NCBI RefSeq assembly: GCF_006345805.1
Contig: NC_043000.1
Coordinates: 26,040,001-26,104,000, forward strand
DNA length: 64,000 bases
Direction: 5' to 3'
From: Octopus sinensis
Taxonomy: Eukaryota
The first letter of the stretch is position 1, and each line of letters begins with the position of its first letter. Shown here piece after piece: positions 27,095-40,332 of this stretch. The position numbers and the translations under genes were made by a program. The notes under the pieces are model-generated. The model had not been told where the DNA came from. It did not search any database and saw only the letters and a program-made list of their open reading frames with translations.

Positions 27095-28166
27095 GTGTAG
27101 ATTTGTATGTTTTGCTCTATGTATGTATTCTCATGCATATAGCTGCACATCTAGACATGCTCATATATATTTAAATGGTAAACTTCTGGAAAGTTTTACA
27201 GAATTTTACAGTTCCAGTGATGGATTGGATCTGTAGCCTTTAAATCAGCTTTCTCTTTTCTGGTTTTGAGAAGCCTAATTTCCCCAGATTGATATTTAGG
27301 CAGGGTGTTACATAGCCCAGGGCCCCAATAATTACAGACATCAACCTGAACTTGTAATCTGGATAGAGTAACTGTAGATTTCTCAATAGTTCAGCGTAGG
27401 TGTTTTCTTTTTTACTGATCATCAGCTTTATGTTAACACCCGCTGCACAGCTAAATTCCACAACTGTGAGCAATTTCTCTTCTCTATCCCAAATCATTAT
27501 ATAAGGTCTGCTGTGTTTACATTCTATTGGGGTTTTCACTTAGAAATTCCACCAGTATTCCTTTTTATTATGAGTGGCTATGGCTTTTACCATATTGTGG
27601 GTTTTTATTTCTTTGTTCTCAGAATTATCATCACGACGGATTTCATTATAGAGTGTCCTAGCTACAACGTCATGTCTCATCGGCAGATAATACCGTGATG
27701 ACATTTTCGGACAATTGTTTATGATGTGGGTGATATCTTCAGTTTGAACTCCACAAAGTCTGCATCGGTTGTCCCATTTTACTGCTTTTCTTGCATCTCT
27801 ATCCCTTTTGTGCTTCAGGTACTTGGTTGATATTTCCTGCTCCTGGATTGCAAACGCATACCCTTCAAAGTGGGAGGTAATAATCCGGCTATTCGTCCAT
27901 GATAAACTGCTTTGATGATCGATGTTACTATCATCTCGGAGCTTTCTACTAACATACCTATACATAGTCTTCTGCTCATATAGGCTCTTTCTTTCATCTG
28001 ATGAAAAGTTGCAGTAGAATCGTGCGATTTCTTTGGGTATGCATTCCAGGTTATCAGACGAAGAATGCTGCTCAAGGAGCTTCCTTCCAAGTCTTATGAT
28101 GTTATCAGCCTCATGTATGCAAGCTTGGTCAAGGGATGCACTTCGACACTTGGTTTAAAAGATGTT
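27095..28166 (-). mobile_element. About 1.07-kb R4/Dong-like non-LTR fragment (zinc knuckle + restriction-like endonuclease) in a (TACA)n tract
   Basis: CRLCGVQTEDITHIINNC...RHD...RPYIMIWDREEKLLTVVEFSC...VIIGALG; frameshifted; both flanks are (TATG)n. Confidence 0.9.
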
Positions 28167-28439
28167 ATGTATGTATGTATGTATGTTGTATGTATGTATG
28201 TATGTATGTATGTATGTGTGTGTGTGTGCTCGTGCGTGCGTGCGTGTATGTATGTATGTATGTATGTATGTACGTATGTATGTTCTCTTTTAGTTTTTAA
28301 TTATTTGAAGTTTTTTGTTGCAAAAGAGTTGGTTTCTAACAAGGATACAAAGTTTTTTTGTTAGAATATACAGTGTGTTCAGGCTAAATTTGACGATGTT
28401 TTTGTCTTCTTGTTTCTTTCATGAGCAGCTTCATGCATG

Positions 28440-28620
28440 ATAACACATTTCTAGTATTTAAATGCGGCGACAATCCATGCGTGACACGTCACTTCATATA
28501 TCCCAGTCAAGTATATCAACACACACACAAAAAAATAATAAAAACGGGAAGAATATTTACAAATGCAAGTATGAACAGTAAAAACAGCAATCTAATCTAT
28601 TGCATCAAATGCCCGAATTA
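28440..28620 (+). mobile_element. Second Penelope-like GIY-YIG remnant
   Basis: KCGDNPCVT...SMNSKNSNLIYCIKCP resembles the CxxxxCxxC...SxNLIYCIxC segment of Penelope endonucleases. Confidence 0.6.
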
Positions 28621-28733
28621 TGAAGACCTTGACAGCATTTGAACTGAGAATGTAAAGACAGACGAAAGCATTTGCCCGGTGTGCTAGCGATTCTCCCAGC
28701 TCGTTGCCTTGAATAATAATAATAATAATAATA

Positions 28734-28767
<34 letters not shown>

Positions 28768-29435
28768 TTGTAATAAAATGCACCATCCAAAGGCAGACGT
28801 GGTTCGTCTTTACCTTCCCGGAGCTCAGGGAGGTCGAGGTTTGATCCAGCTTGAACTTACATACAAAACCACCACAATCGGACTGGCCAAATACCTTGAA
28901 GTAACCAACGATTAGATGTCAAAAAACATGAAAGACCGAAAAACATCACTCTATTCTGAAAGAGAGCAAAAAATTTGCTACTGGTCTCTTAGATACTTAC
29001 CAGATTGATCAGGTTGAAGGAAATGCACCAACTGCTGCTGTAAAGAAAATAAAATTAATTGCAAAGACAAAAGCGCATGAAAAATTAGCAAGCAGATGGG
29101 AACAGAAACCTCTGCATGGCAAGTATGTGGCCCGTAGCAAACAAGCTGATGTCGTCCAGAAACACACGCATCAATGAAAATGATACCAGGTTTACCATCC
29201 CTACAGGGAGTGCAAAAAATTGTGTTAACTGGAACAGCCCATCTGCTGAGAAGAACATTATCGTTGTGAAAACAACATCCATTCATGAATTTATTTATTA
29301 ATTAATTTTTTAAATACGTATTTTACCTGTGAATTTGCGTGTGTAATCTGGGAATGCATACAATAAGCTTCTCTGTCATAGATGTACGGAAAACACTCGG
29401 CATGAAACGGAAGAAAATTTGAAGAAAGAAGGGAA

Positions 29436-29440
<5 letters not shown>
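28768..29440 (+). mobile_element. Internally deleted Dong/R4 fragment between (AAT)n tracts
   Basis: CNKMHHPKADVVRLYLPGAQGGRGLIQLELTYKTTTIGLAKYLE..., WEQKPLHGKYV and MIPGLPSLQGVQKIVLTGTAHLLR closely match the 52-54 kb element; the 3' end is similar (aaacactcggca..gaaa.ggaag.aaatttgaa). Confidence 0.85.
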
Positions 29441-29487
<47 letters not shown>

Positions 29488-29491
<4 letters not shown>

Positions 29492-29818
29492 TAGTAGGTG
29501 CTCTGGGAATGATAGCAAAAGGGGATGATTGCTACCTAACTCAGATACCAGAAAACCCAAAAATGGCAGAAATTCAAAAGATAGTGCTCATGGGAACTGC
29601 TCATATCCTACGCAAAATACTTTCTATGTAATCTCAAGTTTTAAAACAAACAATTTTCGTATGGTTTTTTAGACATTCACTAGTACAACACTAAGTACAA
29701 AACCAAATATATGGCACCCTAGGCATAACACCAACATGAACTTCCAACTTGTCTCTTGAGGTCTCTGGGTGAGACTTGGAGCCAGCTTGTGCAAATGTAA
29801 AGCAAAATTCAAACATAA

Positions 29819-29820
<2 letters not shown>
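29488..29820 (+). mobile_element. 3' end of a second (AAT)n-targeting Dong/R4 family
   Basis: IVGALGMIAKG...IPENPKMAEIQKIVLMGTAHILRKILSM* followed by a different 3'UTR, then (AAT)n. Confidence 0.85.
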
Positions 29821-29869
<49 letters not shown>

Positions 29870-30900
29870 CCTTTATGCAATCGGCACAAGGCTTGAAATT
29901 TGGAGGGAGGGGACTAGTCGATTACATCTAGCCCAGTGTTTCACTGGTATGTAAATTATTGACCCCAAAAGGATGAAAGGCAAAGTCGAATTTGAATTCA
30001 GAACATAAAGACGGACGAAATACCTATTTCTTTACTACCCACAAGGGGCTAAACACAGAGGGGACGAACAAGGACAGACAAACGGATTAAGTCGATTATA
30101 TCGACCCCAGTGCGTAACTGGTACTTAATTTATCGACCCCGAAAGGATGAAAGGCAAAGTCGACCTCGGCGGAATTTGAACTCAGAACGTAACGGCAGAC
30201 GAAATACCTATTTCTTTACTACCCACAAGGGGCTAAACACAGAGAGGACAAATAAGGACAGACAAACGGATTATGTCGATTATATTTCGACCCCAGTGCG
30301 TAACTGGTACTTAATTTATCGACCCCGAAAGGATGAAAGGCAAAGTTGACCTCGGCGGAATTTGAACTCAGAACATAACGGCAGACGAAATACGGCTACG
30401 CATTTCACCCGGCGTGCTAACATTTCTGCCAGCTCGCAGCCTTAATTAAGCAACAACACTAACAATAATGTAAATAATGTTAATAATGTAAACAATGAAC
30501 ACTAACAATAATAACCACAATTCCTTCTGCTATAGGCACAAGGCATGAACACTTGGGGAAGGCGTTCTCTCGACTACATTGACCCTGGAGTCCGAGTGAT
30601 ATTTATTCTATTGAACCCCAAAAAACAAAAAGGCAAAGTCGACTTCACCAATATTTGAACTCCGAACGTAAAGACGGTTGAAATACCTATTTCTTTACTG
30701 CCCACAAGGGGCTAAACACAGAGGGGACAAACAAGGACAGACAAACGGATTAAGTCGATTATATCGACCCCAGTGCGTAACTGGTACTTATTTAATCGAC
30801 CCCGAAAGGATGAAAGGCAAAGTCGATCTAGGCGGAATTTGAACTCAGAACGTAGCGGCTACGCATTTCGCCCGGCGTGCTAACGTTTCTGCCAGCTAAG
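29870..30900 (-). mobile_element. Head-to-tail multimers of SINE family A
   Basis: Units of about 180 bp joined at gacgaaatac|ctatttctttactacccacaagg (about 30020, 30205, 30685). Confidence 0.85.
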
Positions 30901-31321
30901 CGTTTTGTCCGGCGTACTAACAATTCTGTCATGCTAATGTAATCTATTATGTGATCATGGATTGCTTTACTCCACGATGAACGAATCCAGGGCAAGTTTT
31001 TCTCATTCATTTTCTAGACTTTTGATTTTCTTTACCCTATTCTTGATGCAATCATTAAGATCCCTAAGCAACTTCTGTTACCCATACAGAAATTGCTTAG
31101 GGATCTTATTATCTTCCATTCTGACCACATGACATCTGCATCGTAGTTAGTGGTGAGGTACTAGAGACTAGTATACTGACAGCGTTCGAAAACCTCAATA
31201 TCTTTTGCTTACATTTCATTCGTTCTTTCGTTCTCTCTGTCCGTGCGTCCGTCCGTTCATCCGTACGCACGTACGTAAGTACGTACGTGCGTACGAATGT
31301 GCGTACGTACGTACGTATATA

Positions 31322-31387
<66 letters not shown>

Positions 31388-32091
31388 GCACGCACACACA
31401 CACACACACACAACTGGCTTCTTTCATTAATTCTATTGAACCTCAAAAAACAAAAAGGCAAAGTCGACTTCACCAATATTTGGACTCCGAACGTAAAGAC
31501 GGCTGAAATACCGCTAAGCGTTTTGTCCGGCGTACTAACAATTCTGCCATGCTAATGTAATCTATTATGTGATCATGGATTCAAATACATTCACAAGGCT
31601 TTGGTTGGTCCGAGGCTATAGTAGAAGTCACTTGCCCAAGGTGCCACGCAGTGGGACTGAACCCGGAACCATGTGGTTGGGAAGCAAACTTCTTACCTCA
31701 CAGCCATGGCTGCGCCTATGTATATGTATGTGTGTGTGCGTGTGTGTGTGTGTGTGAGTGTGTGTGTGAGTGTGTGTGTGTGCACAGGCGCATGGACTAA
31801 TGGCTAGGGGTGTTGCACTCACGAATGTGAAATCATAGTTTCGATTCTCAGACCGGGTGACGCATCGTGTTCTTGAGCAAAACACTTAATTTGGCGGTGC
31901 TCAAGGCCACTCTGCTGTGAGTGGGTCACACTGTGATGGAATAGCCTTCCGATCAGGGGCAATGTTGGTCTGCTTGCCCATCTAGCGGGATGGTGTTATT
32001 CGAAAGCCGAAAAACAATTCAATGGAGAATGTCACCAGTGATGTGTAACAATATCCGGTAGTCTGGTCGATACCGTGACACACACACGCAT

Positions 32092-32122
<31 letters not shown>

Positions 32123-32555
32123 TACATACATACATACATACATACATACATACATACATACGTACGTACGTAAATACGTACGTACGTACATACATACATA
32201 CATACATACATACATACATACATACATACATACATACATACATACATACATACGTACGTACATACATACTTACATACGTACGTACGTATATACATACATA
32301 CATACGTACGTACGTACATACATACATACGTACGTACGTATATACATACATACATACATACATACATACATACATACATACATTCATACATACATACATA
32401 CATACATACATACATACATACATACATACATACATACATACATACATACATACGTATATACATACATACATACGTACGTACGTATATACATACATACGTC
32501 CGTACATACATACATACATACGTACGTACGTATATACATACATACATACATACAT

Positions 32556-33600
32556 AACATCTTTTAACCACCAAGTGTCGAAGTGCATCCCTTGACCAAG
32601 TTTGCATGCATGAAGCTGATAACATTATAAGACTCGGAAGGCAGCTCCTTGAGCAACATTCCTTATCTGATAACCTCGAATACATGCCCAAAGAAGTCGC
32701 ACGACTCTACCGCAGCGTATCATCAGATGAAAGGATGAGCTTATATGTGCAGAAGACTATGCATGGATATGTTAGTAGAAAGCTCCGAGATGAAAGTAAC
32801 ATTGATAATCAAAGCGGTCTATGATGGACCAACAACTGGATTACTATCCACTTCGAAGGGTATGCGTTTGCAATCCAGGAACAGGAAATATCAACCAAGT
32901 AACTGATGCACAAAAGGGATAGAGATGCAGGAAAAGCCGTGAAACGTGACAACCAATGCAGACATTATGGAGTTAAAACCGAAGATATCACTCCACATCA
33001 TCATAAGCAGTTGTCCGAAAATGTCATCACGGTATTATCTACCGATGAGACAAGATGTTGTAGCTAGGACACTCTATAATGAAATCCGTCGGAAGGATAA
33101 TCCTGAGGACAAAGAAATAAAAGCCCACAGTATAGTAGAAGCCATAGCCACTCATAATAAAAAGGAATACTGGTGGAATGTACCAGTGAAAACCTCAATA
33201 AAATGTAGACACAACAGACCTGATATAATGATTTGGGATAGAGAAGAGAAACTGTGCACAGTTGTGGAAATTAGTTGTCCAGCGGATGTTAAAATAAAAC
33301 TGAAGATTAGTTAAAAGCGAACACCTACGCTGAACTATTGAGAAATCTGAAGTTACTCTACCGAGATTATAAGTTCAGGCTTATACCTGTAATTATTGGG
33401 GCCCTGAGATATGTAACACACTGCATAAATACCAATCTTGAGAAATTAGGCTTCTCAAAATCAGAAAGGAGAAAGCTAATTCGAAATCTACAGATCCAAT
33501 CAATCAGTGGAACTGTAAAAATCTGTAAAACGTTCCAGAAGTTTATCATTTAAATATGTATGAGCATGTTTAGATGTGTGACTATATGCATAAAAACACA
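32556..33600 (+). mobile_element. About 1.05-kb R4/Dong-like endonuclease fragment in a (TACA)n tract
   Basis: HIISSCPKMSSRYYLPMRQDVV...RHNRPDIMIWDREEKLCTVVEISCP...VIIGAL...KICKTFQKFII*; same 5' end as the 27-28 kb copy. Confidence 0.9.
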
Positions 33601-33636
33601 TACATACATACATACATACATACATACATACATACA

Positions 33637-33775
33637 AGCAAAAATACCCTGTTGTTGATGTTGAAATTCTAAAGAAGGCGCCTTGGATCTAGGTTAGAAA
33701 CCGGCTCTTTCTCTTTTGGCAGCCTGCTCTTGAAATAAAACTGAACAATGACATACATATATACATACACAAGCA

Positions 33776-33828
<53 letters not shown>

Positions 33829-34161
33829 ACGCGCGCGTACACACACACACAGACACATACACACATACTGACACAGAGATATAGACACACAGATACACAG
33901 ACACACACAGACAGGCACACTCACATACACACGCACACACACACACACACAACACACACACACAGACACACACATACATACATACATACATACATACATA
34001 CATACATACATACATACATACATACAAGCAAAAATACCCTGTTGTTGATGTTGAAATTCTAAAGAAGGCGCCTTGGATCTAGGTTAGAAACCGGCTCTTT
34101 CTCTTTTGGCAGCCTGCTCTTGAAATAAAACTGAACAATGACATACATATATACATACACA

Positions 34162-34210
<49 letters not shown>

Positions 34211-34316
34211 ACGCGCGCGTACACACACACACAGACACATACACACATACTGACACAGAGATATAGACACACAGACACAGATTCACAGACACACACAGAC
34301 AGGCACACTCACATAC

Positions 34317-34365
<49 letters not shown>

Positions 34366-34526
34366 TACACGCGCACACACACTGACACAGACACAGACAC
34401 ACACACACACACACTCAAACACACACACACACACACACCACACACAGACACACGCGCGCGTACACACACACAGACACATACACACATACTGACACAGAGA
34501 TATAGACACACAGACACAGATTCACA

Positions 34527-34596
<70 letters not shown>

Positions 34597-35027
34597 TACA
34601 CGCGCACACACACTGACACAGACACACACACACACAACACACACACCACACACACAGACACACGCGCGCGTACACACACACAGACACATACACACATACT
34701 GACACAGAGATATAGACACACAGACACAGATTCACAGACACACACAGACAGGCACACTCACATACACACGCACACGCACACACACACACACACCACACAC
34801 ACACACACAAACATGCACGCGCACACACACTGACACAGACACACACACACACACAACACACACACACACAACACACACACCACACACCACACACACACAC
34901 AGACACACGCGCGCGTACACACACACAGACACATACACACATACTGACACAGAGATATAGACACACAGACACAGATTCACAGACACACACACACACAGAC
35001 ACACACACATACACACACACACCACAC

Positions 35028-35075
<48 letters not shown>
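33637..35075. repeat. Compound CA-rich minisatellite plus a duplicated 130-bp (TACA)n-flanked element
   Basis: Anchor acagacacacgcgcgcgtacacacac...gacacagagatatagacacacag recurs five times. agcaaaaataccctg...ggatctaggttagaaaccgg is duplicated at 33637 and 34027 and has an inverted relative at about 62500. Confidence 0.85.
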
Positions 35076-35283
35076 TTGATAAACACAGTATTTAGATTTG
35101 AGCCACAATTTGTTTCACGCTATGGAAACGCAATAAATGACTGATTTATATAACACGATTGTGTATATTAAATGAGATTTAACTCTCACTGGATGTCGTA
35201 CGTTTTTTTTTGATCCTTCCAATAACGGAACAAATACAATGTATCTATATGTATGTGTGTGTGTGTGAGTTTTTGTGCGATAA

Positions 35284-35351
35284 TGCGCATGTATGTTATG
35301 GTGGCAGAACAGAAGTACTTCCGGAAAGATTTTTGCGCATTATCCGGAAGT
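35284..35351. promoter_or_regulatory. Candidate promoter motif cluster (NRF1-like and ETS/GABP-like)
   Basis: TGCGCATG 35284, ACTTCCGG 35317, TGCGCA 35334 and CCGGAAGT 35344 within 70 bp, about 1.2 kb upstream of the first candidate coding exon. Confidence 0.45.
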
Positions 35352-35603
35352 GAAAAAGTTTTAAAGAGAAGTGAAGATTTTGAAAAGGTGCGAGAAAAAA
35401 AAAAATTTATGGCATTTATTGTAAATGCCGTCAAGAAGTCATAAAATCATAATATCGCCCCTCCTTTTATGTGTATATAAATGTGTGTATATTTCCACCC
35501 ACCCAACCGTCCGTCCGTCCGTCCATCCGTCCGTCCGTCCGTCCGTCCGTCCGTCCGTCCGTCCGTCCGTCCGTCCGTCTGTCTGTCTGTCTGTCTGTCT
35601 GTC

Positions 35604-35684
<81 letters not shown>

Positions 35685-35692
35685 TCTATCTG

Positions 35693-35743
<51 letters not shown>

Positions 35744-36528
35744 GTATGCATGCATGTATGTATGTATGTATGTATGTATGTATGTATGTATGTATGTATG
35801 TACGTACGTATGTATCGCAGTGTCCTTCGGTGTCCTTTAGAAATAAATATTGATGTGGAATTAACAGGTCACCAAACAAAACAAGAATATAACGATGTAA
35901 CACAATAAATAAAACGATTATGAACAGAATTTAAACGGTACAGAATTGTCTTCCAAAATTTGAGAAAAGATAAAGAATTAACGAAAACGCTGCTACCGTC
36001 AACGGTTGGTCTTAAGGACGCGATTCATTTCAAAGAGTTACATAAAGAATAAGTCAAGTTTACGTGGAACTTATTTTGGTTTCCTAAAATTAAACCACTG
36101 TCATTAATATCTGCAAATATTTTAACAAGTTGGTTGGAATTAAGTCAACTCTGAGTTGCAGAAATATCATTAATTAAGAGCAAATTAATACAGGAGAACT
36201 TATATTTTCAAAGTGATCTTTAGACCCGATGTAATGGTGATTCCATTATTTACAGGAAAAAAAAAATCCTAAACAAATCAGAGCTTGGATGTGTCTGGTT
36301 ATTTGTTGAGTAAAAAAAAAATCAAAAATAAAAGGGCCATTGCCTGTGAACTTAGCGGTATCAATTTTATTTTATATTTTAACCCGTGGAAAATAATAAG
36401 TTTAGAATAAGCGAAAGATATAGACTGAACTGAGGAAAAATATAAAGAAAAAAATGAGAGAATTGCTGGCGATTTTGATGATTTTTGCGAAATAATGAAA
36501 GGAATCTGATGTGTTTACTACATTCATT

Positions 36529-36571
36529 ATGGAATTGCAGTGTACACGACTGAAGTCAGTTGTTATTCAAA
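36529..36571 (+). CDS. Putative first coding exon of the TAP-C-domain gene (MELQCTRLKSVVIQ+A)
   Basis: ATG at 36529, gtaagt donor at 36572; phase 1 matches the acceptor at 41093. Confidence 0.45.
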
Positions 36572-36849
36572 GTAAGTGTTTTAATTTATAGTAATAGTGT
36601 TATTTATTCAAGCACTTCATTTATTTATACCTACTGTTTGTAATCCATCCATCCATCCATCCATCCAAAATCCATCTCCTCCAGTATTCCTGGGATGATC
36701 GCATGGGTAGAGTATTCAGGATCCTATCAGAAGCAAGCGTCATTGCACTTGCGACTGGATTCCCAAGTGCGACCAATTGAGTCTGTGGATACTATCCAAC
36801 CATCTTGTTCTTGGGCTACCCTCTAGGTCTCCTGTGACATAATAATAAT

Positions 36850-37250
36850 AATATAATGAAATTATTGTATACAATGCTCAGGTGCACCACAACTTGTCAA
36901 AAGTGCGAATAAAGTATATGCAGTGATGTACAAATGTCTGGGAAGTGAACAGTATATGAGTCAGATAGATGCTTGCGTGTGTATGGAGGGAAGAAAATCA
37001 GGTGTAGTGTTGGCGAATCTCTGGAAGCATGGAAGTTTTGAAGGATGCAGTGCTCCGACAACTAACAACTGATGCCGGCAGTTTGTTCCATGCTTCAGCA
37101 ACTCTTAGCGTCAAAAAATGTTTCCGAAAGTCATGGGAGCTGTGCTGTTTTCTGACTTTGTAAACATGTCCATGGGTGTTAGACAGGTGGAGTTTGAAAA
37201 GGTGCTCAGAGTTATTGTTTGTAAGGTGGTTAATAATTTTATGGGTTTAT
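36850..37250 (-). mobile_element. CR1-clade LINE 3' end
   Basis: FLTLRVAEAWNKLPASVVSCRSTASFKTSMLPEIRQHYT* is a typical CR1 ORF2 C-terminus (FFxxRVxxxWNxLP). Confidence 0.8.
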
Positions 37251-37755
37251 AATGACACCGTTAGTTTTGCTTCCGGTGAAAGAGTTACAGGGTGAAAGAA
37301 CCCCTACCCCCTTTAGTATTAAAAATGAACTGGTTAACGACCGAGGTTAGTTAAAAGCGAAATAAGTCGTTTTTCCTAAAATGGAGAAAGAAAAGCAGAC
37401 GGTGCTTTGGGATAGCATCACTGTGTCATGGGGAAAGGAAAACGGCACAGAACTGAAGGGGAAAATGTAAATAATAAAAATTTCGGATAAAGAATTGTAT
37501 GAAATTGTAAAAACAAAACGAAAAAAAACAAAGTCAGTTTCTTGTTTCTTTCCTTCCCTATAAAGTAGTGATAAATAGCTATTCCCAAACGCCGCTGAAA
37601 TACGTTTCCTGGTACAAAGTTTCCAATGAGACCAACTCAACAAATTTTTATGTGTCTTCTTGGTGTGACTCGAATGATTTTTTTGAACGTTTCCGTTCAG
37701 ATGTAGTTTTGCTTATCGATTACGAAACAGTCATAACTACCGTTTTTAGGAGAAA

Positions 37756-38150
37756 TCTCTCTCTATATAAAGCTTAAGTTGTCTGTGTATGGCAGGTTTG
37801 GTAGCCTTCAACTAACACTATCTCCTCCGAGACCCCGCGGCGCAAGTTGACCAGAATTGAGAGTATGATAGAAGAAGGCTTGCTCTTCCTTCCGTAGAAG
37901 ATAAAATTCAAATCGGACCATGTTGACACCAAAAATTATTTACATCAAAAAGGTGCTTTTTTTTTCTATGAAAATCCCTATTTTTTACGATTTTTTGACT
38001 GGTGTGTCGCCATTTTTCGGTGTATTTCAACCAAAAAAAATGTTCACTTAAAGAGAATAACAAGCTACACAATGCAAAATTTTTACTTTTCAAAAATTCC
38101 AATTCTAAAGGGTCGAAACAAACCCGAGCAACGCCGGGCGATACTGCTAG
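37756..38150 (+). mobile_element. Non-autonomous Helitron-like element (about 395 bp)
   Basis: A|TCTCTCTCTATATAAAGC 5' end; subterminal hairpin CCCG-agcaacgc-CGGG; 3' end CTAG|T; A/T insertion with no TSD. Confidence 0.85.
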
Positions 38151-39859
38151 TTAATAATAAAATAATTTACGAAATGCTAAAGATCGAGATTCATTTTTTT
38201 TTGGTCATTTTGCCAGTCAGATTTATCCAGTTAACAACAGCAGACGATCGTCATTGCCATGTTACCATAGCAACTGTTTAAAACCATCCCCATTGGTCGT
38301 GATTTATATAACTGGCATGTAAAAGTTTTTATACATCTGTATAGAAACTTTTAATGGGCTGCAAACAATGTTTGACCCCATCGAGGTGGGATTCAGAGGG
38401 TTTGCAAGTCAGTCCCTCTGCAGCCATTACAACATAGGGGCCTATAAAGTTTATTTAAGGGAGAATTTACTGCTTTTCCAAGCAGGTCGAGTGGCCGAAT
38501 ACAAGGCACCCTTAGTTGAATAAAGTCACTTCACACATTCTTTATATTTTCGCAGAAAATACCCAGTTTCTTATATGCAGGGAGCACAGGACCTCATTAT
38601 CCAATGTGCTCTTTTCTAAGACGGCACAGTGTCTGAAGGAAATTTAGCTGCTATTTCTTGCAGTTCAGATGACTACAGATGGAAATACGTGACCTGTACG
38701 CAATTAAAGACCTACCTGTCATTAAAGAAACCAACCGTATCGATAATTATGGTTCTGTCTGTAGTTAAAGATCTCTCGGTAAAGACCAGACTGTAAATAA
38801 GGAGGTCCTCGAGTTGGCTGTGAAAAGAGCAGAGGTTGCCTCAAAGTGGCTATAGGTCAGGAAGTGTGAGCCCTGAAGGGGACAATGCTAAGTGGACTCA
38901 AGCTGGGGCTTTCTCAACCCTGGTAGGGTCACCTGAGCAAAGATGTTTTATTGCTCTAAGACCCAAAACTTCTATTGATGCCAGGAAACATCACCGATGA
39001 TGCATTCAGGTGCAGCCCACGATGATATCGAAAAACTTCAATGAAATTGGAACGTGTGTGTCAAACAGAAAGGACCCATTTTTTAAAATCATACGACTTA
39101 ATCAGGGAAGAAGAGCAACGTCATCCCTGCTTACAGCTGCCCCCAAAAGGGTACCTGTAGGAAAGGATGACGTTATCCTCAGCCTGGTGAATTAACTAGA
39201 ATACTGGCAATAGATTGGATCCTTTTAAAGGGACGCAAGGACCGGTTGATAATGTTAAACCGAGCGACTGATAAGAACAGACACAGTCTCGCCTAGTTTC
39301 AGTCTATTAAATTTCCTTCATAAAGCATTAATCAACTCAAGGTGATGGCCGAAGGTGTTTGCTCAAAGCGCCGCTCATTGGTATTGAACCCGAAACGACA
39401 TAGCTGCAAAGTGAGCTTTTGTACCGACACGATTATTGTCAGGAAAGATAATGGAATGATAAAATTGTACTAAATATAGAGTTGCGTCCCTTTTACGTGT
39501 TTAAATCCTGCTCGTTTTAACTTTACCTTTCAACAAACCGGGATCGACAAAATATGTAACAATGTAGTACTGGGATCGGTGAGTTTAAGTACCAGTGATG
39601 TACTGAGGTTGATTTAACCCACTATACCCTTCTCTGTGGTTTTGTAAAAAAAGACAAAAACACTGTTATTACTGAGGTGTCAACGAAGAATGAGGTTTTG
39701 ATTTCATTCAAATAAATTCAACCAGTTCATCCTTGGTATCATTTTAATTAACGGGAGGTGTTTAATTACAGGTAGGCGTTTAATTACAGATAAGTGTTTA
39801 ATTATAAGCGAAGTAGATAGTTATAAAATTTCAATAAGTGATAGAGTAGTTACGTATAC

Positions 39860-40332
39860 TAAACAGTAAAGCGAGTCACCACATCAAAGTGGCAGGTAAA
39901 TGTTACTACTAGTTTAACCCCAGGCAGATTCTCCACCAGCTGGTTTTCGGTGCAACGTTCAGCATCTTTTATATACAATATATGGCTAGCGGGAGATGGT
40001 TGGGTTGGTAGGGGACGAACCCCTACTACCCTCCAGCAGTTAACAGGATCGCAAGGCTGACCCAGTTTCGAGCTGTTTGGTTCGTCTTCAGCCGCGTGTA
40101 TCTGCGCACTGGAGTGATAGGTAAGATCCGCTTCTGCTTGCGATATATTGTAAGCAACCCTGTTAGCTGCTGGAGGATGTAAGGGTTCGCTCCCCACCAC
40201 CGCTAGCAATATATTGTATACAAAGGCTGCAGAGTGTTGCACCGAAAACCAGCAGGCAGAGAATCTGTCTGGGGTTCAACTAATAGTAACATTTAACCGC
40301 CACTTTGATGTGGCGACTCGCTTTACTGTTTA
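39860..40332. mobile_element. Foldback MITE (arms about 190 bp)
   Basis: taaacagtaaagcgagtcaccacatcaaagtggc...ctccagcagttaacagg pairs with cctgttagctgctggagg...gccactttgatgtggcgactcgctttactgttta. It sits in a degenerate ttaattacaggtagg satellite (39750-40640). Confidence 0.85.

Noticed and set aside
37391-37477. Short ORF MEKEKQTVLWDSITVSWGKENGTELKGK as an alternative first exon
   Set aside because: Its only plausible donor gives phase 2, incompatible with the phase-1 acceptor at 41093.
38700-38880. ELAVKRAEVASKWL.VR resembling an R2/HERO-type C-terminus
   Set aside because: Too short and degenerate to call.
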